64,000 nucleotides of DNA, from assembly GCA_049274895.1 (NCBI GenBank), contig JBASTM010000008.1:645-64644 (forward strand), given 5' to 3'. Made by a program: the position numbers and the translations under genes. Position 1 is the stretch's first letter, and every line of letters begins with the position of its first letter. The notes below the pieces were generated by a model. That model was not told the origin of the DNA. It saw nothing but the letters and a program-made list of their open reading frames with translations, and did not search any database. This DNA is from Minisyncoccia bacterium (GTDB lineage: Bacteria; Patescibacteriota; Minisyncoccia; JACQLN01). Positions 36,181-45,282 of this stretch are shown piece after piece.

Positions 36181-37449
36181 ATGAGTAAGTTTTTACAAAT
36201 TTTCAAAATACCAGACTTAAGAAAAAAGATATTTTTTATACTGGCCATGCTGGTGGTTTTTAGATTGGTTTCGGCCGTGCCGATGCCGGGCATAGACCGG
36301 GCGAAGTTGGCCGAATTTTTCGCTTCCAACCAATTTTTGGGCTTGGTCAGCTTATTTACCGGCGGCACGCTGCAGAATTTTTCGGTGGTGCTTTTGGGTT
36401 TGGGGCCGTACATTACGGCTTCCATCATTATGCAGCTTTTAACTATGATTTTTCCCAAACTTCGAGAGATGTATTTGGAATCCGGCTCGGAAGGGCGGGC
36501 CAAGTTCAATCAATTTTCGCGCTTGCTCACGGTGCCCTTGGCGGCGATGCAGTCGGTGGGCACGGTGTCTTTGCTAAAAAGCCAGGGTATTATCAGCCAA
36601 TTGGCCGCTTTTGATTTTATTACTTTGGTGGTTACGGTTACGGCCGGTTCCGTCTTTTTGGTTTGGTTGGGCGAGATTATTTCCGAGAAAGGCATCGGCA
36701 ATGGAGTTTCTCTGTTGATCTTCGCCGGCATCATCGCTCAACTGCCGGTCAGTATCGGTCAAAGTCTGGTGGCCTTTGATCCGAGCCAGGTCTTTAGTTA
36801 TTTAGTTTTTACCGCCGTGGCGGTGGTGGTTATCGCCGGCGTGGTGGTGATCTCGGAGGGCCAGCGCAACATTCCGGTGGCTTTTGCCAAACGAGTCCGC
36901 GGCCGCAGAATGTATGGCGGCTTTTCCAGCCATATACCCTTACGCGTTAATCAGGCCGGGGTCATTCCCATAATTTTTGCTTTATCCATTTTGCTTTTTC
37001 CGGGCCTGATCGCCCAGTTTCTGTCCGGTTCCAGCATTGGCTGGCTGGCCGCCTTGGCTCAGTCGGTGGCCGCCTTTTTCCAGCAATCTTTAACCTATGG
37101 GATAATGTATTTTATTTTAGTGGCGGTGTTTACCTACTTTTACACCGCCGTCACTTTTGATCCTAAGGCCATTTCGGAGAACGTCCAAAAGCAGGGCGGT
37201 TTTATCCCGGGCATCAGGCCGGGCGAACCTACAGCCGGTTTCATCGCCCACGTGGTCAACCGCATCACTTTGGTAGGAGCTTTGTTTTTGGGCGTTATTG
37301 CGGTTTTGCCGCTGGTGGTGCAAAGAGCTTTTGGCATCAGCACGCTCACTTTGGGCGGCACGGCCCTGTTGATTGTGGTCTCGGTGGTTTTGGAAACTAT
37401 GCGCCAAATCAACGCCCAGCTGACGCTTAGGGAATATGATACTTTTTAA
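36181..37449 (+). CDS. secY: Preprotein translocase subunit SecY
   Basis: 10 TM helices; position after L15. Confidence 0.9.
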   Translation: MSKFLQIFKIPDLRKKIFFILAMLVVFRLVSAVPMPGIDRAKLAEFFASNQFLGLVSLFTGGTLQNFSVVLLGLGPYITASIIMQLLTMIFPKLREMYLESGSEGRAKFNQFSRLLTVPLAAMQSVGTVSLLKSQGIISQLAAFDFITLVVTVTAGSVFLVWLGEIISEKGIGNGVSLLIFAGIIAQLPVSIGQSLVAFDPSQVFSYLVFTAVAVVVIAGVVVISEGQRNIPVAFAKRVRGRRMYGGFSSHIPLRVNQAGVIPIIFALSILLFPGLIAQFLSGSSIGWLAALAQSVAAFFQQSLTYGIMYFILVAVFTYFYTAVTFDPKAISENVQKQGGFIPGIRPGEPTAGFIAHVVNRITLVGALFLGVIAVLPLVVQRAFGISTLTLGGTALLIVVSVVLETMRQINAQLTLREYDTF

Positions 37450-37772
37450 TGTTTGTCTGCGAGTGTAACGAGCAGCCACAAACATTAACCCCGCGTCAAT
37501 TTTGCCTCGGGTATATTGCCTAACATCCAATATCTGTAAAACTTGTATATTTTTGCGAAGCGCGAGGGCGAATAGCCCACCCCTTTGGTGGCGTAGCGCT
37601 TCGCCATCGACTATATGCAAAATTGGTGCTGGGGTAGCGGTGACTCTTTTTTATTAAAACAAGAATAAAGGGTAAATCAAATAAATAACCATAGACACGC
37701 CCACCAGCAGGGCGGCGATTATCCAAAAGAGTCTAACTATTTTTTTATGTTTGTTCACGTTATCATATTACC

Positions 37773-38216
37773 ATGCAGCGACAAGAATTGGCTACGGTTT
37801 TTAAGAAAAATTGGCTGAGCTCAAGCTTGCTCGCTGTATTTGTTTTAGCTTCGGGCTATTTGGGCGTGAGGGAATTGGGCCGGTGGTGGGCCATTGATCG
37901 CGAATATCAAAATGTCCAAAAAGAAATCAGTTTGCTTGATGCGCGCTCCGGCGAGCTTAAAAAGGAACTCGACAATTTATCGCGGCCCGATCTTATGGAA
38001 AAAGAAGCCCGCACGCGCTTGAACTTAAAACGGGAGGGTGAATCGGTTTTGATTGTGGTGAGCGAAGATAATTTTCCTAAGGAGGATTTTGGCGCGTCCG
38101 CGGCCAAGGGTTTTTGGGCTGGGTTAGGCGTCCGACTTAAGGCTGGATTGGATAATCCCGACAGTATTTGGTTTAATATTAAAAACTGGTATAGCTATAT
38201 TTTCCCCAAGCAATGA
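37773..38216 (+). CDS. FtsB/DivIC-like septum formation initiator
   Basis: N-terminal TM helix followed by the coiled coil …QNVQKEISLLDARSGELKKELDNL…. Confidence 0.55.
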   Translation: MQRQELATVFKKNWLSSSLLAVFVLASGYLGVRELGRWWAIDREYQNVQKEISLLDARSGELKKELDNLSRPDLMEKEARTRLNLKREGESVLIVVSEDNFPKEDFGASAAKGFWAGLGVRLKAGLDNPDSIWFNIKNWYSYIFPKQ

Positions 38217-38782
38217 AAAGACATCACTTTGGCATTTTGATTCTGACCTTGGCTTTTTTGGTGGGCGGCCTTTCCAGTTATACTTTGGCCCGAAACGGCC
38301 GGTTTCCAGTAGCTAAGGTAAATGGCGATTGGATCAGCTACCGCACCGTCAAAGAAAACGCCGATGTTTCCAGGCGCATCTATACCCAGGGCCTGGCCGG
38401 TTCCAGCGACGACCTTATCGATCTTTTTAAGAAAGGATCGGAAGAGGAGCTTTTTAGAAGATCGTTGGAAAATTTGATTGTGAGTTCAATAATAAAATCT
38501 TCCGTTGCGGCTTCGGTTTTGGCCCAAGCCCAAAGAGAGGTTGAGGAGAATTTTGACAGTACCACGGTGGCCAATCTCTCGGGCGTGGTCAGGAATGTTT
38601 ATAACTGGGACCCGGCCAAGTTTAAGGCCCGGATTTTGGAGCCGCAGGCCCTGATGCAAATCGTGGCCCAGGAAAAAGGCGATGATTTCGAAGTTTGGTT
38701 GAAATCGGCCAAGTTAAAATCTAAAGTCAGAATCTGGTTCGTGCCGTTTGAATGGAAGGAGGGTAGTTTAGTAAATAAATAG
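38213..38782 (+). CDS. Hypothetical membrane-anchored/secreted protein
   Basis: 189 aa with an N-terminal TM helix; overlaps the upstream stop by 4 nt. Confidence 0.4.
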   Translation: MKRHHFGILILTLAFLVGGLSSYTLARNGRFPVAKVNGDWISYRTVKENADVSRRIYTQGLAGSSDDLIDLFKKGSEEELFRRSLENLIVSSIIKSSVAASVLAQAQREVEENFDSTTVANLSGVVRNVYNWDPAKFKARILEPQALMQIVAQEKGDDFEVWLKSAKLKSKVRIWFVPFEWKEGSLVNK

Positions 38783-38841
38783 ATTAAGCTCAGCGGACCA
38801 AGCTGAGCTTGGCGGGCTTGCCCACCGAAATTTTGACGAAG

Positions 38842-38912
38842 GCGGGTATGGTTCAGTGGCAGAACGCGACCTTCCCAAGGTTGAGATACGGGTTCGATTC
38901 CCGTTACCCGCT
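38842..38912 (+). tRNA. tRNA-Gly (anticodon CCC)
   Basis: GCGGGTA acceptor, anticodon stem-loop CGACC-TTCCCAA-GGTTG and T-arm ACGGG-TTCGATT-CCCGT. Confidence 0.8.
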
Positions 38913-38928
38913 CAAAATTGTTTACAAT

Positions 38929-38968
38929 TTTGAGTATCTTTATGACTGTGAAAGATACTCATTTTTTA
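38929..38968. terminator. Bidirectional rho-independent terminator
   Basis: TGAGTATCTTTatgactgtgAAAGATACTCA flanked by AAAA and TTTTTT; sits between tRNA-Gly (+) and the DedA gene (-). Confidence 0.6.
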
Positions 38969-39588
38969 ATCTTAGATTTTACAAACTCCACGATCTGGCG
39001 GCGGTGGGCGGGGTTTTTGAGGATGTGGATTAAGGAGGGGAGGATGGATAAGAAAACAATCAGTCCAATGATGGGCAGTAGATAACGATCCACATTGGGC
39101 ACCACGCTACCCAAGTAGTAACCGGTCCCGGTGAGGCCGATGGACCACAAGAAACCGCCGGTGATGTTGTAAATAAAAAAAGATCGGTAATTCATTTTGC
39201 CCACGCCGGCCAAAATCGGCGCGAAGGTTCTTATTACCGGCATAAAGCGGGCGAGGATGAGAGTTTTGCCGCCGTGGCGGGCATAGAACTTTTGAGCGCG
39301 CTCCAGTTGGTTGCGGTGGAACAGCAGCGAATCTTCTTTGTTAAAAATCTTGTAGCCGACTCTACGGCCGAAAGTGTAGCCGAAATTGTCGCCCAAAACG
39401 GCGGCTATAAAAGTCACCGCCATCAAAGTCATTAAATCCAAAAAGCCCTGCGAGGCCAAAAATCCAGCCGTAAACAGCAAACTGTCGCCGGGCAGAAAGA
39501 AGCCGATAAAAAGACCAGATTCGGCAAAGACGATGCCAAAAAGGCCAAGGTACCCCGCGGCTTTGATTAGCGCCACCAAGTCAAACAT
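38959..39588 (-). CDS. DedA/VTT-family membrane protein
   Basis: …GLFGIVFAESGLFIGFFLPGDSLLFTAGFLAS… DedA signature. Confidence 0.7.
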   Translation of the reverse strand: MFDLVALIKAAGYLGLFGIVFAESGLFIGFFLPGDSLLFTAGFLASQGFLDLMTLMAVTFIAAVLGDNFGYTFGRRVGYKIFNKEDSLLFHRNQLERAQKFYARHGGKTLILARFMPVIRTFAPILAGVGKMNYRSFFIYNITGGFLWSIGLTGTGYYLGSVVPNVDRYLLPIIGLIVFLSILPSLIHILKNPAHRRQIVEFVKSKIKK

Positions 39589-39662
39589 AGTCTTCCAATT
39601 CTATCAGAAAGGTGTTATTTTAGTCTAAGTTTTGCTTGTCCTGCGAAACTTTGGTGAAGTAG

Positions 39663-39734
39663 GGCCGGAGTAACTCAGTGGTAGAGTAGCTGTTTCGTAA
39701 ACAGCAAGTCGCGAGTTCAATTCTCGCCTCCGGC
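39663..39734 (+). tRNA. tRNA-Thr (anticodon CGT)
   Basis: GCCGGAG acceptor, anticodon stem-loop GCTGT-TTCGTAA-ACAGC and T-arm GCGAG-TTCAATT-CTCGC; the downstream CDS ATG is 8 nt after the tRNA. Confidence 0.8.
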
Positions 39735-39741
39735 TCAAATT

Positions 39742-40518
39742 ATGAAATTATTGCTGTCCAGCTATTCGCTGGAACCATTTCCTCTGGAAGAGGTTTTTTT
39801 GTTGGCCCAAGAAATCAAGGCCGACGGTTTGGAATTGGTGCTGATGCCCGCGGTTTTTAAGCTGGGTTTAGAGAACGCCAAAAAACTTTCTCAAAAACAC
39901 GGTTTGCCAATTTTGAACCTCCATCAGCCGCCGTGGGGCGTTTTGTTTACGGGCCAGAGAGGTATCAAAAAACTTATCAATCAAGCCCAGCTGATCGGCG
40001 CTAAAAACATCGTGGCGCACTTGGCCACTATGCGGCGCGGTTTTAACAGTCCGTTTTTTGAATGGGTGAAGGATGTAGAAAAAGAATCCGGTATAAATAT
40101 CGCTTTTGAAAACGCCGCTCCGCGCGGTTTGGAAGATTGGCCCAGTTACGCCGGCCACCCCGAAAAACTGGAAAAATTTGTCGCCTCAAGAAACATCCAT
40201 TTAACCTTTGATGTGGCCAAGGCCTTTCTAAAAGGCATTGATCCTTATCAGTTTTTCCAAAGGCATCACCCCAACATCAAAGTGATTCACGTCCACGGCT
40301 TTAGCCGCGAGGGCAGTTTCCATGTCGGTTTTTTTGGCAATGAATTTGATTGGGCCGGTTTTATGTCTTTTGTGCGCAAGTTTGATTACGAGGGCGTGGT
40401 GACTTTGGAAATTTTCCCTCTGCATCGCTGGGTTTATTTCAATCTGCCGTCCCAATCCGATTTTGATCGGGCCAAAAGCATCATCAGGGAGAATTTTGAA
40501 ATTCTAAGGAGAGCATAA
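39742..40518 (+). CDS. Sugar phosphate isomerase/epimerase (xylose-isomerase-like TIM barrel)
   Basis: TIM-barrel-like pattern; starts 8 nt after tRNA-Thr with no SD. Confidence 0.45.
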   Translation: MKLLLSSYSLEPFPLEEVFLLAQEIKADGLELVLMPAVFKLGLENAKKLSQKHGLPILNLHQPPWGVLFTGQRGIKKLINQAQLIGAKNIVAHLATMRRGFNSPFFEWVKDVEKESGINIAFENAAPRGLEDWPSYAGHPEKLEKFVASRNIHLTFDVAKAFLKGIDPYQFFQRHHPNIKVIHVHGFSREGSFHVGFFGNEFDWAGFMSFVRKFDYEGVVTLEIFPLHRWVYFNLPSQSDFDRAKSIIRENFEILRRA

Positions 40519-40536
40519 TTTTGTTATACTTACTTT

Positions 40537-41650
40537 ATGACCCCAGAATTTAAGAGCAGATTGGAAGATTTATCAAATAAGCTCCGTCACCTGACGGACC
40601 GTCTTTGACCTTGCCCCCAAGAAGAATCAGCTTAATAATTTGGAGGCGGAAACAACCGGAAAAGACTTTTGGCAAAACCGCCTTCATTCCCGAAGTGTCC
40701 TCCGTGAGATTACCGACCTAAAAGATTTGGTTAGTAAGTGGGGAAATTACGAGAGCGATCTTAAACATCTGGCCGAAGTGGCCGAAATTTTTGAAGACTT
40801 GGCGGATAACGGCCAATTGTTTAAGGAATTCAAAAGATCTTTGGAAAAACTGGAGCTCGAGCTGGAAAAAGAAGAAACTTTGGTTTATATGTCGGGCCGT
40901 TACGACAAAGCTAACGCCGTTATGACCATTTATTCCGGCGCTGGCGGAACAGATGCCCAGGAGTGGGTGGAAATGCTGCTTAAGATGTATTTAAAATACT
41001 CCGAGAAAACCGGGTTCAAAACTCAAGTGATGGCGGTTACCGGTGGGCAGGAATCCGGCCTCAAAAATGCTATAATAGAGGTACACGGCCAATATGCCTA
41101 CGGCTACTTAAAACGGGAGAACGGTGTTCACCGCCTGGTTAGGGTTTCGCCGTTTTCATCGCAGAGTTTGAGGCATACCTCGTTCGCTTTAGTTGAGGTT
41201 TTGCCCGAACTGGACGGTGTTTCGGCTATAGAAATAAGGCCGGAGGATATTAGGGTGGATACCTACCGGGCCGGCGGGCCGGGCGGTCAATATGTTAACA
41301 AAACAGAATCAGCCGTAAGAGTAACGCACCTGGCCACGGGTTTGGTGGCAACTTCGCAGGCCGAAAGATCGCAGGGCACCAATAAAGACAAAGCCATGAA
41401 ACTGCTTTACGCCAAGCTTCAGCAAAGATTGGATCAAGAACATAAAAAGACCGTGGAGGAACTAAAAGGTGAGAACGTAAAGATAGAGTGGGGGCATCAA
41501 ATACGTTCCTATGTGTTGAACCCGTATAAAATGGTTAAAGACCACCGCACCGGTTATGAAACTACTCAAGCCGAAAATGTGTTGGCAGGAAATTTGAAAG
41601 ATTTTATAGAAGCTGAACTAAGGGCTTGGCCTGCGAGCGAAAGCGAGTAG
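40537..41650 (+). CDS. prfB: Peptide chain release factor 2 with programmed +1 frameshift (ORF1 40537-40608; +1 frame 40607-41650)
   Basis: ORF1 ends …GAC CGT CTT TGA C, the canonical CUU UGA C shift site; the +1 frame continues DLAPKKNQL… into the RF2 body with SPF and GGQ regions (…RAGGPGGQYVNKTESAVRVTH…). Confidence 0.85.
40603..40609 (+). promoter_or_regulatory. prfB +1 ribosomal frameshift site CTT TGA C
   Basis: An in-frame TGA after 23 codons; downstream +1 frame is the RF2 body. Confidence 0.8.
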
Positions 41651-41762
41651 TTGCCAAACCTTACCCAGCACCTTTTTGAGGTAAAGATTATTTATACATC
41701 TAAAAGGTGCTGGGTGCTCAATTTTATAACTATTTACTACGCTCTTAGATAAAATTGGCATG
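41648..41762 (+). repeat. Modular intergenic cassette, copy E (prfB to ftsE)
   Basis: AACCTTACCCAGCACCTTTTTGAGGTAAAGATTATTTATACATCTAAAAGGTGCTGGGTGCTCAATTTTATAACTATTTACTACGCTCTTAGATAAAATTGGCATG. Confidence 0.65.
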
Positions 41763-42440
41763 ATCCACTTTAAAAATATATCCAAAATCTATCCGCCGCA
41801 CATGGTGGCGCTGGAAGACGTTAATTTGATAGTCAGGCCTAAAGAGTTTATTTCGCTGGTGGGGTCTTCCGGAGCCGGCAAGTCAACTTTACTTAGGTTG
41901 TTGATAGGCGAGGAAGCGCCCACCATGGGTGAGATCATTGTGGGGGATGTAGCCATAAATTCTTTGGGCCACCACGAATTGCCGTATTTGAGGCGGAAAA
42001 TCGGTACGGTTTTTCAGGATTATAAATTGCTGGCCGCCAAGACAGTTTACGAAAACATCGCTTTTGCCATGGAGGTGGCCGGTAAGGATGAGTTGGAAAT
42101 AAAAGAAGATGTGCCGCAGGTGCTTAATTTGGTCGGCCTGGAGGATCGGGCCAATCAGTTTCCTTACCAGCTTTCGGGCGGGGAAAAACAGCGGGTGGCC
42201 ATTGGCCGGGCCTTGGTGCACCGGCCCGATATTCTGGTGGCCGACGAGCCCACCGGCAACCTGGACCCGATCAACACTTGGGAGGTCATCAACCTTTTGT
42301 TAAAGTTAAACGAGCTGGGCGCTACGGTCATTTTAGCCACCCACGACAATCAGATTGTTAATAATCTGGAACGGCGGGTGGTACTGATGGATAAGGGCCG
42401 GATTATTAAGGACGAGGAAAAGGGCAAATATTTAATATGA
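41760..42440 (+). CDS. ftsE: Cell-division ABC transporter ATPase FtsE
   Basis: Walker A GSSGAGKST, ABC signature LSGGEKQR and Walker B ILVADEPTGNLD. Confidence 0.85.
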   Translation: MIHFKNISKIYPPHMVALEDVNLIVRPKEFISLVGSSGAGKSTLLRLLIGEEAPTMGEIIVGDVAINSLGHHELPYLRRKIGTVFQDYKLLAAKTVYENIAFAMEVAGKDELEIKEDVPQVLNLVGLEDRANQFPYQLSGGEKQRVAIGRALVHRPDILVADEPTGNLDPINTWEVINLLLKLNELGATVILATHDNQIVNNLERRVVLMDKGRIIKDEEKGKYLI

Positions 42441-43357
42441 GAGAAAAAATTTTAACGGCTTTGCGCCGGGTAACTAGATCGGGTTTCAATTCTTTTTGGC
42501 GCAACTTATGGGTGTCTACGGCCACCATCAGCGTAATGGTGATAACCCTGGGTTTAATCACCGGCCTCTTTTTGATTTCGGCGGTGGCGGGCAGTATTTT
42601 GCAGGACCTGGAAGAGAAAGTGGATATTTCGGTCTACTTTAAGCTCTCCACACCCGAGGGCGACATTCTTAGAGTCAAAACTGAACTGGAAGGTTTGGCC
42701 GACGTCAAAAGCGTGGAATATGTTTCGCGCGAGGCGGCTTTGGCCAAGTTTGAAGCGGAGCACCAGGAGAATCCTTTGATTATAAAATCATTGGAGGAGC
42801 TGGGTGATAACCCTTTGGAGGCCTCGCTTAACATTAAGGCCAAGGTTATAGACGATTACGGATCCATCGCTTCTTTTCTGGAGGGCGCCAGGTTTTCGGG
42901 TTTGGTGGACGGGGTCAATTACCGCCAGAACCAGAAAGTGATAGAAAAACTATCCCGTATTTTAAGTTCCATCAGAAGATCAGGTCTGGTGCTGATAGTC
43001 GTGCTGGGTTTGGTGGCGGTGCTGGTGACTTTTAACACCATCCGCCTGACCATTTATTCTCTGCGCGAGGAAATTGGTGTGATGAGATTAGTGGGCGCTT
43101 CCAACTGGTATATCCGCGGGCCGTTTGTGGTGGAGGGGATCATGCACGGCCTGGCGTCTTCGCTGATCGCCATTATGATTTTTTACCCGTTGATGCTTTT
43201 TATCTCGCCCAAAGTGGCTTCGTTTTTAACCGGCATCAATCTCGCGGCTTATTTTGAGCAAAATTTTTGGCAGATATTTTTGCTGCAAACTCTGGCCGGC
43301 GTGGCGCTGGGGGTGATATCTTCGCTGATCGCCATCAGGCGGTACTTGAAGATTTGA
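42437..43357 (+). CDS. ftsX: Cell-division ABC transporter permease FtsX
   Basis: 4-TM permease with a large periplasmic loop, overlapping the ftsE stop. Confidence 0.8.
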   Translation: MREKILTALRRVTRSGFNSFWRNLWVSTATISVMVITLGLITGLFLISAVAGSILQDLEEKVDISVYFKLSTPEGDILRVKTELEGLADVKSVEYVSREAALAKFEAEHQENPLIIKSLEELGDNPLEASLNIKAKVIDDYGSIASFLEGARFSGLVDGVNYRQNQKVIEKLSRILSSIRRSGLVLIVVLGLVAVLVTFNTIRLTIYSLREEIGVMRLVGASNWYIRGPFVVEGIMHGLASSLIAIMIFYPLMLFISPKVASFLTGINLAAYFEQNFWQIFLLQTLAGVALGVISSLIAIRRYLKI

Positions 43358-43416
43358 CTCGTAGGATTGGAATTATAGCTTTGCCGGTCGGACGGTTTTT
43401 AATGGTTCTGCAAATT

Positions 43417-43800
43417 CTATAACTTCATATTGAGGGCGTGTTCCAGTTTGAGCAGTTTTCTTTCATGTTCATCCATTGTTTTTCTAACATCAAGTTTACT
43501 TTCCAGTTCGTCAAATCTTTTATCTAGATATTCATTTTGTTTCTCGAAAGCTTTGGCAACTATTCGGGCCAGGGTTTCCGTTTGTTGATCGGTGTAGCTT
43601 TTTAGTTCCTGTGACTGCGTAGCCAGTTGCCCGTCAACATAACCTTTCAACTCCTTGGTGTTAATCGATAATCTTCCATCGACATAACCTTTTAACTCCT
43701 TAGTGTTAACCGATAATCTTCCGTCAACGTAAACCTTAAGTTCTTTGGTTTGAACGTTAAGCAGCCGCTGTATATCTTTTTTGGTAAGGTTGGGGTTCAT
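43417..43800 (-). CDS. Hypothetical coiled-coil protein with three tandem 15-aa repeats (TKELKGYVDGRLSxN)
   Basis: The protein repeat is visible in the translation, with the corresponding 45-nt DNA repeats. Confidence 0.45.
   Translation of the reverse strand: MNPNLTKKDIQRLLNVQTKELKVYVDGRLSVNTKELKGYVDGRLSINTKELKGYVDGQLATQSQELKSYTDQQTETLARIVAKAFEKQNEYLDKRFDELESKLDVRKTMDEHERKLLKLEHALNMKL
43625..43760 (-). repeat. Three tandem 45-nt coding repeats (third degenerate)
   Basis: ccgtcaacataacctttcaactccttggtgttaatcgataatctt recurs with a few substitutions. Confidence 0.6.
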
Positions 43801-43844
43801 GATGGTGTTTTTAAGTTTATCATTGTTGTTAGGCGTGTCAATTT

Positions 43845-44540
43845 TTAATACCCAGCGAATTCTTCAAATTTTATATTGTCCTCCTTAACGCCGATTTCTA
43901 TCAATAATTGAGTGGTGCCGGCCACCATGCCGGCCGGGCCGGCCACGTAATACATCGGCGCGGCCAGGTTTTTGATGTGCTTTTTTAGGAACGGCTCGTC
44001 AATATGGCCGTCTTCTTTGGTCCAGCGGGTTATAAAGTTAAAATTAACGTTGTGGCTTTGCCATTCTTCCAAATCGTCCACGAAAGCGGCGTCTTCGGCT
44101 GCGCGGTTGGAATATATCAGTATCAGCTTTTGTTCCGAACTTTGTTCGGTGGCGTCTTTAATGACGCTTCTAAAGGGCGTGATGCCGATGCCGCCGGTTA
44201 ACATTACCGCCGGAACGGATTTATCGCTATGCAGTTTGAACGAACCCAGCGGTCCGTCCACGTGCACCAATCGCCCCAATTCCAACTCGGCCAAACTTTT
44301 TTTCATAGCGCTGTCAGTCAGCCGAGTAGCCACCATCAGGTAACTGTCTAGAGGCGAGGAGGCGATGGAAAAGGCGCGGGTGACACCTTGGTCGTCTTTG
44401 TATTTTGGGTTTTCTAAAGTAACATCCACAAACTGCCCCGGCCGGAAAGTAAATTCCTGACTGCCGTATTCAAACACGAAAGCCATAGTTTCTTGGGCCA
44501 CCGTTTTTTTCTCTTTTAAGGCAAAGGTATAATGAGGCAC
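43845..44540 (-). CDS. Ferredoxin-NADP reductase-like FAD/NAD(P)-binding oxidoreductase
   Basis: RAFSIAS (FAD site) and GGIGITPF (NAD site) motifs. Confidence 0.6.
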   Translation of the reverse strand: MPHYTFALKEKKTVAQETMAFVFEYGSQEFTFRPGQFVDVTLENPKYKDDQGVTRAFSIASSPLDSYLMVATRLTDSAMKKSLAELELGRLVHVDGPLGSFKLHSDKSVPAVMLTGGIGITPFRSVIKDATEQSSEQKLILIYSNRAAEDAAFVDDLEEWQSHNVNFNFITRWTKEDGHIDEPFLKKHIKNLAAPMYYVAGPAGMVAGTTQLLIEIGVKEDNIKFEEFAGY

Positions 44541-44719
44541 GATATAAAGTCAAAAATTAAAAATCAAATCTCAAAATTAATTGTATCATTATTTATCAAA
44601 AGGCGTAACCTTAAACACCGCTTCTTGTTTGTTTTCAAAAAACAAAATAGCATATTTAATCAACTGGTTTGATTATCTATCTTGTATTTGCTAATATGAA
44701 ATCAATATAATTTTCTAAT

Positions 44720-44995
44720 ATGTCTTTAGTCAAAGTAAAAGAAAAACATCAGATCACTTTACCCAATGTTATTCGTGAAGGGGTTGGTTTAGCTGTGGGT
44801 GATTGGGTTGATGTCAAAATTGAAAAAGGCCGGGTTACCCTTACTCCAAAGAGTATAGTGGGCCGACATATCGCCGAGGCGCTTAAGGATATAGAAGCCG
44901 GGCGGGTTTATGGACCGTTTAGTTCGGCCCAAGAACTTATAAAATCGCTTCACAGTGGAAGAAAAAAGAAAACAGTTTTGAGAAAGAAGAAATGA
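44720..44995 (+). CDS. AbrB/MazE/SpoVT-family antitoxin
   Basis: …ITLPNVIREGVGLAVGDWVDVKIEKGRVTLTP swapped-hairpin signature. Confidence 0.55.
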   Translation: MSLVKVKEKHQITLPNVIREGVGLAVGDWVDVKIEKGRVTLTPKSIVGRHIAEALKDIEAGRVYGPFSSAQELIKSLHSGRKKKTVLRKKK

Positions 44996-45237
44996 AAGTT
45001 TTCTATACCGAGCGTTTTCGTCGGAGTTATAAAGAGGTTCCGATTGAGGTTCGACAGGCGTTTGATAAACAGGTTCTATTTCTTTTACAAAACATTAGGC
45101 ACAGTTCTCTTAAAGCTAAAAAGTATGGGGTATCAGGAGATGTTTGGCAGGCCAGGGTCAACAGATCTTGGCGTTTTTATTTTACAATTAGAGGCGATAT
45201 TTATCACATTTTAGACATCTCGCCGCATCCTAAATAA
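44992..45237 (+). CDS. RelE/ParE-superfamily toxin
   Basis: …WRFYFTIRGDIYHILDISPHP C-terminal core; 4-nt overlap with the antitoxin. Confidence 0.5.
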   Translation: MKVFYTERFRRSYKEVPIEVRQAFDKQVLFLLQNIRHSSLKAKKYGVSGDVWQARVNRSWRFYFTIRGDIYHILDISPHPK

Positions 45238-45282
45238 AGCGTACCGAAAAACCAAGGTTGGTTTTGGTAATAGAGCAGGGTT

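Noticed and set aside
43625-43760. CRISPR array
   Set aside because: The repeats are contiguous 45-nt in-frame coding units with no spacers, and no cas genes are nearby.
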